A stretch of DNA of 64,000 nucleotides, from NCBI GenBank assembly GCA_035084275.1, contig CM068756.1, positions 8,184,001 to 8,248,000 on the forward strand, written 5' to 3'. This DNA is from Hydrolagus colliei. Its lineage: Eukaryota. A model generated the notes under the pieces. It saw nothing but the letters and a program-made list of their open reading frames with translations. It ran no database searches and was not told where the DNA came from. Below are positions 11,360 through 23,770 of this stretch, one piece after another (positions within the stretch are counted from its first letter, which is position 1; each line of letters begins with the position of its first letter). The position numbers were made by a program, and so were the translations under genes.

Positions 11360-13129
11360 TGGGGGGGCACAATATGTTCTGACAAACACAACGTTGAAAA
11401 GTGATCAGTTATTAATAACAAAAACCACCAGACCGCTTTACTTTAAGCGTCAAAACATGACAATAAAATCGGAAGCAAAGGCAAATGCTTGGTCTTACAC
11501 TTCTGCCCCCCGTCCCCGTCCCCCCCCAAAAAATAGATATAAAAAACAAACGGTGCAAAAGTAACTATGGGGGAGGAACATAGAGGGAGGAAGGGAAACC
11601 TTCACGAAGCCTGATGAACAAAAATGCCATCGGGATGGTGGGGGGGGGGGGGGGGGTGGGGGGGGGGGGTGCACAAGACGAATGATTTCCGATTTCATAA
11701 GATAGGATAATTGTGAATAATTAATTGTATATCTAACTTGTTGGAAACCACGTCATTTGGAACAAATGCTAGGTAGGAATAGCGGTTATTTCTTCCTTAA
11801 TAAGATGATCGCCCCCCCCCCTCCCCTCTGCTGGAATGTTATAGAGTACATTTTACTGGAAAGACAAACGAAGCTATCAGGTTGGGATGATTTTGAAGAA
11901 TGTAGATAATAACGTGGGTAGGTCGTTCGCGAGTTGCTATTATTTTTCACGGAATATTTAACGAGGCACTTGGTCAGTGATGGATACTCGAGAGTCGCTG
12001 GTTCATTTTTTTTTAACGCATCATCTTTCCAAAGCTTCGCGATAAAATATTGAACGCGTTTTCCTTACACGAAAATCAGGGAGTCTTTTCTTTTTTACAA
12101 AAAAATATATATATTTTAAAAAAAATTCGATCCTTAAATACTGCAGCAACCAAACTACGAATCCGTCAACACAGCCCTGATGTTTCCCTGGAGTTTGACT
12201 GAGCTTGTAATACACTCTTGATAAACTGTAATGATTCTAATATTTTAAGGCTCCGAGTTGGCAAAATCAATTTGGAGTTAATTGAACTGAGTGTGTGGAT
12301 GAGACTGTAAACAGGATATGATTTGCAGTGCAGTCATGCGAGAGACCATCTAAATTAGATTCTTTGGGGCTGGATTATTAAACCCCACAATCTGAATACA
12401 AGTGCAGTTTCACAACAATCACAAGAATTTAGAAACTTACGCGAAAAAAACGTACAGTGATAATTAATATAGGAGCCTATCTGAACTGTAAACCATTATG
12501 TATTTAGATTATATTATAATATATATATCTATAGCCATATATATAAATAGGTGAACAATCGGTGTGTTAATTGACTTTTATTTGTGTAATAGGCTTGGAG
12601 TGAAACGGGATTTTCTTTGGCTGTCAAGTACTGACGATCTTGACATCCTCAGATTGTCAAAATAAGATCTGACTTTTCCCCCAGTTCGGAGGATCAGTTG
12701 ATAAGCAAACTGTACTAAAATGGTGATCGGGTAATTGCAATTTGATCACGTCTTTAAATGATAATCTTGTTAGTGGGGAAAAAATAGCGTACAGACTGCT
12801 GAGGATTAGGCAGCAGAGAATAATAACACTAATATAACATGATAATAGACTAGGGTTAATATTGGATGTAACTTCTCCCAACCCCAAACAAAAACACACG
12901 TGTGTAAAAAAAAATACTCCAGTAGGTTCTAATAGATCAGAGGCCCCTTTCTTATTTAGGCATCACAAATAAATATATCTCTACCAGGCTAAACAAAAAA
13001 ACTGTGACTCTTCATAAATTTGAGTGATGGATAATGTTCCTATTTCTGATGGCCAAGGGCCAGAATGTGGAGTGTGTGTGGGGGGGAGGGGGGGGGGGGG
13101 GGGGGCATTGCTGTGTGGGTACCAGCCAT

Positions 13130-13615
13130 CACCCCAAATACTGATTTATTTACTAATAATCGATACAAGGAGGGAAACACAATTGAATCACCCCCGATTA
13201 TTGCTGACACAGCATAATTGATCACTGCTCATGAACAGAGGTTTTGACCACATAATTGAATCATCAGCAATATGGGTCAGCCAAGGGCGCCAACTTAATA
13301 CAGTAGCAGCCCCGAAAAAAAAATGATGGCTGTGTTCACCCAATGACCAGAGGGTTTCGGGGCCGAATCCAACTGAAAACTCCTAACCTCGTAACCAGAT
13401 GAGGTGAAACATTTTTAACTCGATTGCTTCTGAACACATTTCCTCGTGTGCCTTTTGGCTGACCTGTTTTGTCAGCGGCCCTCCACCATTTCTCCTGACC
13501 CTTTTAACACTTATTGATAGACATACTTCTCTTTTGCTTTGCAAAAGAACAGGATTATCTGTGTGGATTCAAAGTGGTCAACACACCTGTGGAGAGGTTA
13601 ACCTGCTTCATATGT
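13130..13615. promoter_or_regulatory. Candidate conserved non-coding element, proximal upstream of SALL1
   Basis: Complex non-repetitive block between low-complexity tracts, with repeated ATAATTGA/AATTGAATCA homeodomain-like motifs and an inverted gctgac..gtcagc pair. Conservation is inferred, not shown. Confidence 0.45.
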
Positions 13616-13790
13616 GTGCGTGTGTGCGTGAGAGAGCTGAGCGTGAATAAAGGACCGCGTGTTATCTTTGATCCACGTTGAATATTTTTATAAATGTATA
13701 ACGAGCTGATATTCAATATTTTTTAAAAAATAGATAAACTTTTTTTCGTGTGTGTGTATGTGGTGGGGGGGGGGAGGGGGGGGGAGATGT

Positions 13791-13821
<31 letters not shown>

Positions 13822-14369
13822 GAGAACAGTAACAAACAAACGACTTTCATTGGGAGTTGATTTTTAGCCTTGAATACCCAGTGCAGGTAAATGAGATTCG
13901 ACTGAAACAAATGTGCTTCAGTAATTGCATTTCATTTATAGGGGCATTTCATTAAAGAAAATGTGGTTTCCTCTTATTCCCCTGACCCCCCCCCCCCCCC
14001 CCCCCCCACACACACACGCACACACCCCTCCCCCCCACCCAGATATATAATTCCAGCAATTGTAAAACGCGCTCTGTGTTTATCACAGGCTCACAATGCA
14101 TTTGTACATTGCACCTCCTGAGTTGCACATGTCAACTCCAAATGAATCATCACTCGCACAGCAAAGCGACGGGAGTTTTGGCGGGTCCCGTTATCAACTG
14201 ATTTCAAACGCAACCATTTTGTGTCATTCGGCCGCCCTGATTTGTCTTCTCACCCGAGCTACAGACAGAAGTAATGTTGTAATACGTTTATGTGTGTGAA
14301 TGTGGAGGGGGGGGGGGGGGGGGGGGGTTACAAAAAAAATGAAGGGAGGGAGAAAGAGCACACGTGAAA

Positions 14370-14680
14370 TAAGGAGGGAGGGGGTCAGAGCGATTCAACC
14401 GTTTTATTTGTTGCAGTCTTGGGGCAAGATGTTTATCTACAGCCACCAGACACACATCCAGGACAGAGGACCTTAATTCTGTCTGAGACAGGCTGTTATT
14501 GTTATTGATAGTTAGCATCAGCGTCCAGGGTTGAGAAATGGAGCCGCTGCGGGGGGAACTTTCATGCAAGACACGGTATTGATCTACTGGTCCTCTTCCC
14601 TCCCTGAAGCTAGACGGAGGGAGCCGAGGAAACTTGCCACAATCGCACGTTTTATTCACTTTCCATACCAGCTATCATCA
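14370..14680. promoter_or_regulatory. Candidate conserved non-coding element
   Basis: Complex, repeat-free block bounded by poly-G tracts. Inference only. Confidence 0.4.
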
Positions 14681-16704
14681 GTCTAGGGTGTGGGGTGGGG
14701 GGGGGGGGGGTATGTGGGTGATGGCTTAGCTATCCATTGCTATTCAGAGCATCTCGGCAAATCAGGCTGAAGGGAGAGAGAGAGAGAGAGAGAAAAACTC
14801 ATATAGTGTACAAAGGCAACTGATACATCAAAAGCACAACAGAATTGTCCAAGAGCACGTACTAAAGTCAATAAAGATCCACGTTGAGTAGATAAAAAAA
14901 ATTCCGACTGCACCTATTTAACTCCCAACTCCCAAAACAACATGTAAAGCGTTTCCATTTCCTAGGCATCTCCCACCAAACTTTCTCTCAAATTCATATG
15001 ACATTGTTATACTAATTTCTGGGCGGGGGGGGGGGTGGGGGTTCCCCACGCACGCCAAGCCATTGTAATTTCTCCAACTCGATTTTGCAATGCGCTTTTG
15101 TGTGTGTGTGTGTGTGTGTTGGTCGATTTTCTTTTACACAACACACTCAGGAGTTTGCTCTTCGGTTGGAAGACTATATTTCTTTTGCGGCCCATTTCTG
15201 CTCCTGTCAAAGTCTGGACACAACTGTGTCAGCCTCGGCATAAACACTGGTTTCTGGCTAAAATACTTCCAACATGTGAGGAGACCTTTGGAAAGTTGTC
15301 TTCTCGACACTGTGATAAAAAGGAACGATTTTTTTTTGGGGGGGGGCGTTAAAAATTGTATTTGAACGAGACACACACACACACGCTGTAAATTGTTTTC
15401 TTTTGAAAACAAAAGCGCTGAAATAATCAATATACAGCCAAATTATGAAAGAGTCGAGTCACTAGACTGACCTTGTTAACTAACCACACGGTCCCTTTTC
15501 TCAACCGGTTGATTCTCTGGTCTCATTTGAAAGCAATACAATCGTATTCATGGCAAGATCCGGTTAAACCAACTTTTATTTCTTTCTCAGGACGGATGAC
15601 AATTGACAAGCACCTACTCGACAGTATTTTATCACCTCCCCGTTGCCTTGTCGGGAGAGATTGCACCTCTCCTATTTGTTTGGACGCCCAATCCATTCGA
15701 TTCCCCCTTGACGTTTGACTTTCTCGCACTACTGTAGGGTTACTGAACGAAGTTCACCCACCGTCTAGATTTGCGATGACCATTGCCCGATAGATAGAGA
15801 GAGAGAGCGAGAGAGAGCCTTTCAGTGTGAGTTGAGTGTGTTAGATTAACCTGAGTTTGCTGTGAAGCCAATTAAATGTGCCTGATGAGGAACGTGTTTG
15901 ACTGCAAAGTTTTGTTGAATCACCAAAAACTCACAAATAAAAATCAAACTCAATCTGTTTGCTCTTCTCCCTCATCTTTATTTTTCCTGAATTAATTCAG
16001 ACATCAGCATCATAAATCCTCCCCCCCCCCCCCAACCTCTGTATTATGTGGGTGGGTGGGTGGGTGTGAAGCAATGTCAGGCATTCCGGACTCTGCTTGA
16101 CTGTAAACATCATTAAAATAAATCAAGATCTAAGGCTGAAATGTCTTTCAATTGACTCGCTAGTACTCGCTGTGCAGGAAAACAGTGCTTGAAACACAAT
16201 CTCTGCCATCTCTCTCCCCTCCCCCCCCCAACCCCCACCCCTTTTCCCCCTTGTACAACACTGTAACTCAAGCAAATGTATATTCAAGAGAATGAGAGGA
16301 CACGACATGTTGCCCAATGTGAGGGCTTTTGCTTTAAATTGATGTGAAGGAACCTGAAAATTATTACTCCACAGTCACCAGGTTATTAATCAGAGAGGCA
16401 GTTTAGAGTCTTGAATCCCAAGTTTTGTTAATACTTCTACATCATTATTTTCTGAACCGAAACACTGCACAGGGAGGCAAGAGAGAGAAAGGGGGCACAA
16501 TCTATTGATTTGATTACAAACCGATTTGAAAGGTTTAATGATTTGTTTGATCCTCACTACCTATACCACCCCCTCCCTCACCCACCCCTGAAATGGCCAA
16601 ACATGAAGCATCTCTTATCCTGTCTTTGAAGGATTTAGTTTGACGTCAGAAGTTATTGAAACTTCAATACTGTTTCACTTGGACTAAACAGGTACTGTGG
16701 TAGC

Positions 16705-16937
16705 AATGATACTAATCCTTGCATTTGATAGGGTGCTTTTCACGTCTTCTCGGCATCTGAGAGCACTTCGCAGAATATACTGTAAAGTGAATTGACTGTA
16801 TATTTGTGGGCGAAATGCGGCAGTCAAGTCCACACAGCAGTGTCCCACTAACTGTCGTGAATTGAGTGACCAAAGTATTTTTGGGTTTCTTTGAGGGATT
16901 ATTATTAGGTGTGTGGAGTAAGGAGATTTGCCCGAGG
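16705..16937 (-). mobile_element. Young tRNA-derived SINE, short subfamily A, 5'-truncated
   Basis: Reverse complement of the tail (aatccttgcatttgata), the body (gtgtcccac..gactgtatatttgtggg) and ttattaggtgtgtggagtaagg. Confidence 0.9.
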
Positions 16938-18596
16938 TGAACAGCTGAATTGTGCAACTTTGCATTGGGTAAATTGCTCAGCAGCCACATTTCTCTCTGA
17001 TGGAGTGAAGTGTACATATAAGGAGGTACATACATCATATCCCCCTTCTAAACATTGTTAAGCCATCTCTTTTTTTATAGAATCATATACAAAAACTGTA
17101 GGTATTTAAATGAGTTTGTATTCCAGACACAATTTTGGCGAAAATTGGCGACAGTACTTCCACAGGCAGTAGAGAAAATAAGATATTTTAACATATGTTT
17201 GTACATCCTTTTTATCCATATGTGGGACTTGAATTTAATTCCAGATTTTGTTTGGCAAAAATATATTGCCTTTTTTTTGTATCTGGCAAAAGGTACTACA
17301 TCCTCTTGTTATTTTTAGCAACATTTAGCTCGGGATCTTTGAAGAAACATGCTATTTTGGAGGGGGGAGGGGGAGGTATGGCACTAATTAATTTGTTTCT
17401 GACATTGGCACTGTGATCAGTGTCAGGATTAAATTATTTGCACCCGGGGTAATTCTGAGCTGTGATCTGGAGATAAATATGAGAAATTGTATCATTTGCT
17501 CTGAAATAATATAGAGAACAGCCATAAATGTTTAGGAAGCACAGGACAGCACAATAAGATCATTTCAACTTTACTAGATTTTCTTTACGGCCTTCAAAAT
17601 AAATAAATGTGATCCACTGAACCATCTTAACATCTCCAAAATGAATTTGGTTTACTTTTCCAATGCTGCATGAGATAAATACAGGAAACCACATAACTCG
17701 ATTGAGTCATAATATTCTCCAAGCATACTGGAACACAAAATGTTATGTATTTAGGTAATAAACATTTTAACGCTTTGAAGGTTTCCATTCAATGATATAA
17801 TGTCTCAGGTTCTGGAAGCATCACAGAATAACCCATGGAGTTCGAGTAATGTCTTTTCAATAATTTTGTATATCACTATGCCAACTTCTGAAAATACCAG
17901 ACGCAAACATCTCAACTAAACTGTAACCAACATAATGGAATTCCATCCATTTGGTGGCATGAGAAAATAGAACATTTACCATGGAATCTCTATTCCAACT
18001 CACTCATTCTGTGAGCCATTATAGATTCCCCTGAGCAAGATTTAAACAGCGGTATATATTTCATTTATTTAGTTTCAGTCAATCCCCAAAATCTGGACAC
18101 ATCAGTTTTGTTCCACCATGATTTGAAACTTTTCAAAAATCTTCCCTTTTTGCATTCCCTCAAAACAACTCACATCTTTGAGTAGAATAAAGTTTGATTT
18201 GTACTATTTTTAACATAGGAGAGTAGCATACATCAGCACTGTTCATAAGGGCCACATACAAAAACAGCAAGCTGTTAATATTGTGTACAGTATGCACTTT
18301 TCAGTGAAAGACCGATGTGTATTTTTCTCAGGATTATAGCCTGCTTTGTAAATGTTGTAAACCATTCCCTTTCCTGTCAATGTGACACAGAACCAAGCAC
18401 AGCATTCATATTGACCATTGTATCAGAGGTTAACAATGGTAAAAACCTTAGCATGCTCTCAGACTGTCTTGTGAAGATACTTTTGCTTCACTGATTTTCT
18501 CTATCATTTCCTACCTAAACTCTCTTTTTCCAAAGGCACCATTTCATGTTGGAGGTGCAGTAAAATGAGTAGGTAAGAGGGGATGGGTAAGGGATA

Positions 18597-18770
18597 CAAC
18601 AAGAACTTGTATTTATATAGGACCCTCCATGCTAGGCGGCATCTCAGAGCCCTTCACAATGGCGAAGTCCAAGGCCGAGCCAGGGGGGAGGGTGACCGTA
18701 AGCACGGTTGAAGAGAAAGGTCTTCAGGTGCGACTTGAAGATGGGAAAGGAGGGATGGTGCATTCCAGTA
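18597..18770 (-). mobile_element. Old L2 LINE 3' fragment
   Basis: caacaagaacttgtatttatatag tail followed by a purine-rich L2 3' segment (gagaaaggtcttcaggtgcgacttgaag). Confidence 0.6.
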
Positions 18771-19107
18771 CCTCAAACAAATATTTTTAATGTCTGAGCA
18801 TACATACTTCATATCATGTATTACATTAGACTGGGGGAAAGGCTCAGCCAAATCCATCCCTATTCCTCTCAACTGACCATTTCCATGTGGTGGTAACCAT
18901 TCCTCTTAGAGGAAGCTTAATCAGTTTTCTCTTTCAAAGCCTGCTGATGTTGAGATGTTGATATTGATCAATAAGATTCTGTGTGCATTCTGAATACAGT
19001 CAATACAGTTGGAATGTACGTATAACTGTAACAGCCTCTTTAGTTTGACCAACTGAACAAAATTATCCAAACCCCTCAGACAATTACATTGCGCATTTGC
19101 ACTTCAA

Positions 19108-19458
19108 ATAATAATAATCCTTGATGTTTGCATAACATCTTCAAGATGTTTCAAAGCACTTCACAGAATATTCTGTAAAGTGAATTGACTGTATATTTTG
19201 TGGGTTAAACGCAGGGGTTAATTGCAAATAGCAGTGTCCCACAAACAGTTGTGGATTGATTAACCAAATTATTATTTTTTTTGGAAGGAATTATTACCCA
19301 CGGAAAAGCAATCCACCAATCAAGTAGCAATTGGGTTCCTACTTATGGAGAGGTAAACAGAGGCGTGTGGAAACTTGTCCATTGCTTCGTCCAGCTGGGA
19401 ATGAAACCTAGGTCTCTTGCTTGGTAGCGAGTGCTCTAACCACTGAGCTATGGGACTC
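19108..19458 (-). mobile_element. Full-length tRNA-derived SINE, long subfamily B
   Basis: The minus-strand head gtcccatagctcagtggttagagcactcgc is followed by a ~70 bp extra segment, the shared body and a (TTA)n tail. Confidence 0.88.
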
Positions 19459-19469
19459 CACTTGGGACC

Positions 19470-19745
19470 TTATAGTTGATTTCAGTATCTCAGTGCTAGT
19501 GAGAGGAAGAAGTCGACCAGGGAGATCACTCTCGATTATTGTCAAGTGATCCCTAGAGGAAATTTGTGATCAGATAGATGCCTGCAAAAGATAGTATCAG
19601 ACTCAGTTATGATGATCAATACAGGCTGCTAATATTCACCATCTAGGTTCAACTATGGCTACTCAGAAGGTAGCCTTTACCTGGGGCTGATGAACTGTAT
19701 TCCAACAATAGTCCCTGTGTTTAAGAGATGAGAAGAGAAGAAAAT
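19470..19745 (+). mobile_element. Ancient SINE-like interspersed repeat (third family), 3' portion
   Basis: Shares degenerate motifs with 45070-45310, 35420-35830 (minus) and 31690-31820, ending in the purine-rich gagatgagaagagaagaaaat. Confidence 0.45.
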
Positions 19746-22700
19746 GTAACAAACAAAAAATACTCAAGCCTTGATTCACTGATTAAGAATGGTCTCTTGA
19801 ACACAGTGCATGGTGGCTGTCTGTGGCCTTGGAAGTGTACCTTGTCAGACGTGACTACTTAGGAATTTAGTCATTTGAAAACAAATTGTGAAATTGTCAT
19901 AAACAGTGTGTAAAATCGTTCTTCACAGTGCAGCATTTCAATTCAGAAACAGAAGAGTTCACTGAGGGAATTGAATATAATGGAATGTAAATTATATGGA
20001 GAAATCCCATTCCGCTAAAACAAACCAGTGTGACAATGATCAGAAGCCCTGTGGAAGAAAACAATACTGATGTTTTGCATTAACTAGTCCTTGTGCATAT
20101 CTGCTTTCAGCACTCAAAAGCTACTTTTAGCATTGCTTAGATCCAGCTTCCTTGCTCTCTGTACACAGCTTAACCCTTTGATCAGAGGATAACTCATTCA
20201 GCTGGCATGTGTAAACAGCGATGATAAAAGGCTACAAGAGAATCAAAATGCCAGACAACAAGCAATAAAATCCAATTGAACAATGTTTCTGAAGATATAT
20301 ACTAATGGAATGTTTTACAACTTCCTGTTTTCAACTTTGAAGTAAATTAGCAATAAAAAGCACTTTTAAAGCAACAAAACATTTAAAGTTAAAAAGAATA
20401 AAAGGAGGAATATAGTTAAGTGTTAAAAAAAATCACATTTGGCTCACAAATCACTGTTGTGAATTCAGCCTATTGAGAAAGCTTGATCACAGAACTGACA
20501 TAATTAAAATGATTTTGTCTTTTGTGTATTGGGGGCAGAATACCAAAGAGTGAACAATGCAACAGATGAAAGAAAATGTATACCAGCAGTTTGTTTGGTT
20601 AGTTGTGAATTTGCTCATGATGTAATATTACTGATAGACATTTTATTTAAAAAAAACTCTAGGGTCCTTATTTTGGAAACATTTTCCCACTGTAAGAACA
20701 CCAATTACAAATTGCATTTTTACAATAATCTATTCACCAACTTATCCTTTTGTCCAACAGCTTCATAGAGAAGCTTAAACATTTTCATTCACAACAGTGT
20801 TGGAAGAAGATTATGGACTTTACTAGTATTAACAGACTACAGCAAAATATCAACAAGGGCTTGTTTTAAACAGTGAATGCAAATAAAAACTAAAATGACC
20901 ACAGAATACAAATGAAACAGGGATTATATTACACTATTTGTACCCTTATCTAAAATGTTATCTTTGATCTCTGGTTCATTTTATAACACTGCCAGTACAT
21001 TTGAAAATGCACAAGATAAGGTTCTCAATCTCAGGGATTAATCTAGGCTAGTTTCTGCAACAATTTGACCTCATAGATGACTTTGGATAGTCTTACTTGT
21101 TTGAATCCTCAAAACAATTATCGAAGGGACATTTAGAAAATACTGCTTTAATGTTGTAGACTGCAATGCTCACTGCAACAAATGATTAAATGTTGACCGT
21201 TGAGATTTTAAAACTGGAAAAATACAATTGCAAATCTTATGCTGCTCTGGCCACAAATAGGAAGTAAAGTCACTGAAATGAATGAATCAAAAAGGGAAGG
21301 AATCTCCTGACAAACAAATATACAAAAGGAAAGTAACCTATTGTGTTAAGCGAGTGTGTTTTCTTCAAGAAATCTGACCATCTGCTTTATACATGGTGTT
21401 ATAATTAAAAGGAGGAAATAGGTTTACTGAAATAAATACGAGGAAGACACTAAAACAGAATTCGAAGGAAAAAAATGATGTGCTAGTGTACAAATTGACA
21501 CTTTCTCTTGTAAGAATGCATAGTAGTTTTAAATAACTGCATTAAACAAAAGGCAGAGAGTGGAGAGGAAGATAGAGAAGAGACCAATAGAAGGCAATTT
21601 CTCTTTGTTATCAAGCGAAATGACTCAACAAATATGACAATAAATCACTGTAGAAATCAATCTGAGTGTAGGCAACTGCTCTGGGCTGATAATGCATCAA
21701 TCAATATTTAATGTTTACACTTTAATTAATCCAGAGTGAGGAAGCATTCTTTCAATGGCAAAAAAAAAGTGATTTGGAATAAAACACCTTTTATATCAAA
21801 TGTACACAAGTTGCTGACTATCTATTAGTCTTTGATTTGGCTGCCAATTGATCATCATGCCCTTTTAAATTTCATGAGTATACATTGTAACAAAAGCCGG
21901 GATGGAACATAAATACAATCTCTGGAGTGTTGTTACAAAAAAAATCTGGTTGAGGCAGATTGCAGTACTGTATAATTAAAATGCAGAGATTATGAAGAGT
22001 TGTGAGACCCATAGGTGTGCTGACCAGAGATCCAGGTCTGCAAATGCTTTTTTTGTACAGTGTTAGAGGGACTTTCAGATGCACAGAAAATAACTCTTAT
22101 TTTTTTAAAAATCTAGTCATCAGGAAACCCACAAAAGCAAGTTTTGGGGGGGGATTGCCAGTATCTGAAACATGCAATTCATCCCTAGCCCCTGCCTAGA
22201 GAACACAGGTGCAGGTTGGCTGAGATGCTAAGACATTAAATGCACTTTGGGACTCACTGCTAGATTTTAACCAGCTAACACTGCGCAGCTTACCGTGAGA
22301 GTGCAATTCCTTTTGCTTGTCTAGCTAAGACCAAATGAGAGCACTGGCTTGTAGCAATCTGAAGAAGAATGTTAGAAGAATAATAGAGCACAATAATAGA
22401 CACGTGTCAGTGGGGTGGTGATGGGGTGAAATGTAAGAGGGTGGGTCAGGAGGGGGTATGGGGGGAATGACTGAAAGTGCAGTCAATGAGGTAAATCCTA
22501 ATGCGGGTTTTGAAAGTGTGAAGGGAAATAGGTGTTGGGAGAGATTTTCAGAGAACGGGGTTAAATAGTTGGAAGCTCATCTACTGATGGGTGGTGGGGT
22601 GGGTGGAGATAGATAGAAATGGAAATGTAGATAGAGCAGGCGAAATAATCATACATTAATTCACCTATTCCTGTAACGACCTAGGCAGGAAAAGCTAATC

Positions 22701-22751
22701 ATCAATATATCTTTGGAATCAGTCTAGCTCGGGTAACAGATCATCGAGCCC

Positions 22752-22808
22752 AACAACAACAACAAAATTACACTTGTATAGTGCCTTTCACGTCAGGAGG
22801 ACGTCCCA
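22752..22808 (-). mobile_element. L2 LINE 3' tail fragment
   Basis: caacaacaacaaaattacacttgtatagtgcctttcacgtcaggaggacgtccc. The same tail occurs at 25979, 35705, 41650 and 63365-63422 (plus). Confidence 0.8.
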
Positions 22809-23770
22809 CCACATAGTGTTCACTTGAGTTCACTCTTCCTTTTGCCAAACAAGTCACCTTAAACAAAAATATATTAAACTCACTTTGCTACTTCCACCCC
22901 ATCTCCCCCAAACTCCTTCCCCCCCCCCCCCCCCCCCCCCATCCTTCCTAAATGTCACAGATTGTGCAGCAGGTCAAGGTAGGTTGGAAGTATTTAAGGA
23001 GCATTATACAGTTATGGGGTTTGATTCCAAACAAAGATACACTAAACACATAGAGCACATAATTACATTTCAATCTGCGAGCTGTTTTGTTGCACAAAAT
23101 AATTTTTTGAAGAGAAATAAAGAAGCAACAGAAACCTCATGTGGGGCAACCTCATGTAGACATTCAGCTGAATGGCAGTATAAATCTTCAAACTGAATTA
23201 AAATAGTGACTAAAGTAATGGCTACTCAAACTCAAACACTGCTGCAGCATTAGATTTTTACTGGATTGTCTGTTTCATATGATACCAAACAATTAAAAAC
23301 AATGATGTAAAGCAATCTAGCAGAACAACATGGAGAAAAAATCCTGCCAAAGACATTTTTTTACACAGCAGATTGAATTCCATTTAGTTTCTCCTGATGC
23401 AAACTAAATTTGATTCCCTCCATATTTACGCAGGAAAGTCTCTCTGAAACAGCATGTGTTCAATGGGTCCAATCTAATTGCAGTCTGACACATGTGTTGC
23501 ATCATACACGTGGATGACAATTCAAATGAGACCGTTCTCACCAATTTCCTTTGCCGCCTGTTTGCACCAAACTGTATGAAATGTTGTCATTGGTCTAAAA
23601 CAACATTAAAGCAATTGCATTCATACCACCTTATTTACATAAATACTGCTACCAAACCTTGCTTATTTTGAGCAGAGATGTCCTTATATTTGTAAATGTA
23701 ATATTGGTTAAAAGTAATATATTTTTCGTACATTTTAGTGTTAACAATATAACATAGCATCCAATCTGAG

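Larger units (their letters stand above)
9100..15900. promoter_or_regulatory. Putative SALL1 promoter / CpG-enriched domain with poly-G/poly-C tracts
   Basis: CpG dinucleotides are visibly more frequent than in the flanks, long G/C homopolymers recur, no recognisable transposons occur, and the region lies where exon 1 is expected. Confidence 0.65.

Noticed and set aside
11125-11421. ORFs spanning the N run
   Set aside because: Artefacts of translating through the assembly gap.
11468-11490. cggaagcaaagg (RKQ) as a possible piece of SALL1 exon 1
   Set aside because: It is on the plus strand, opposite to the gene, with no MSR upstream and no KPQH downstream.
11378-12730. Similar peptides DHFSTLCLS (11125-11421 ORF) and DHHFSTVCLS (12657-12899 ORF)
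   Set aside because: Nucleotide similarity is weak and short, and neither ORF looks coding. Most likely chance.
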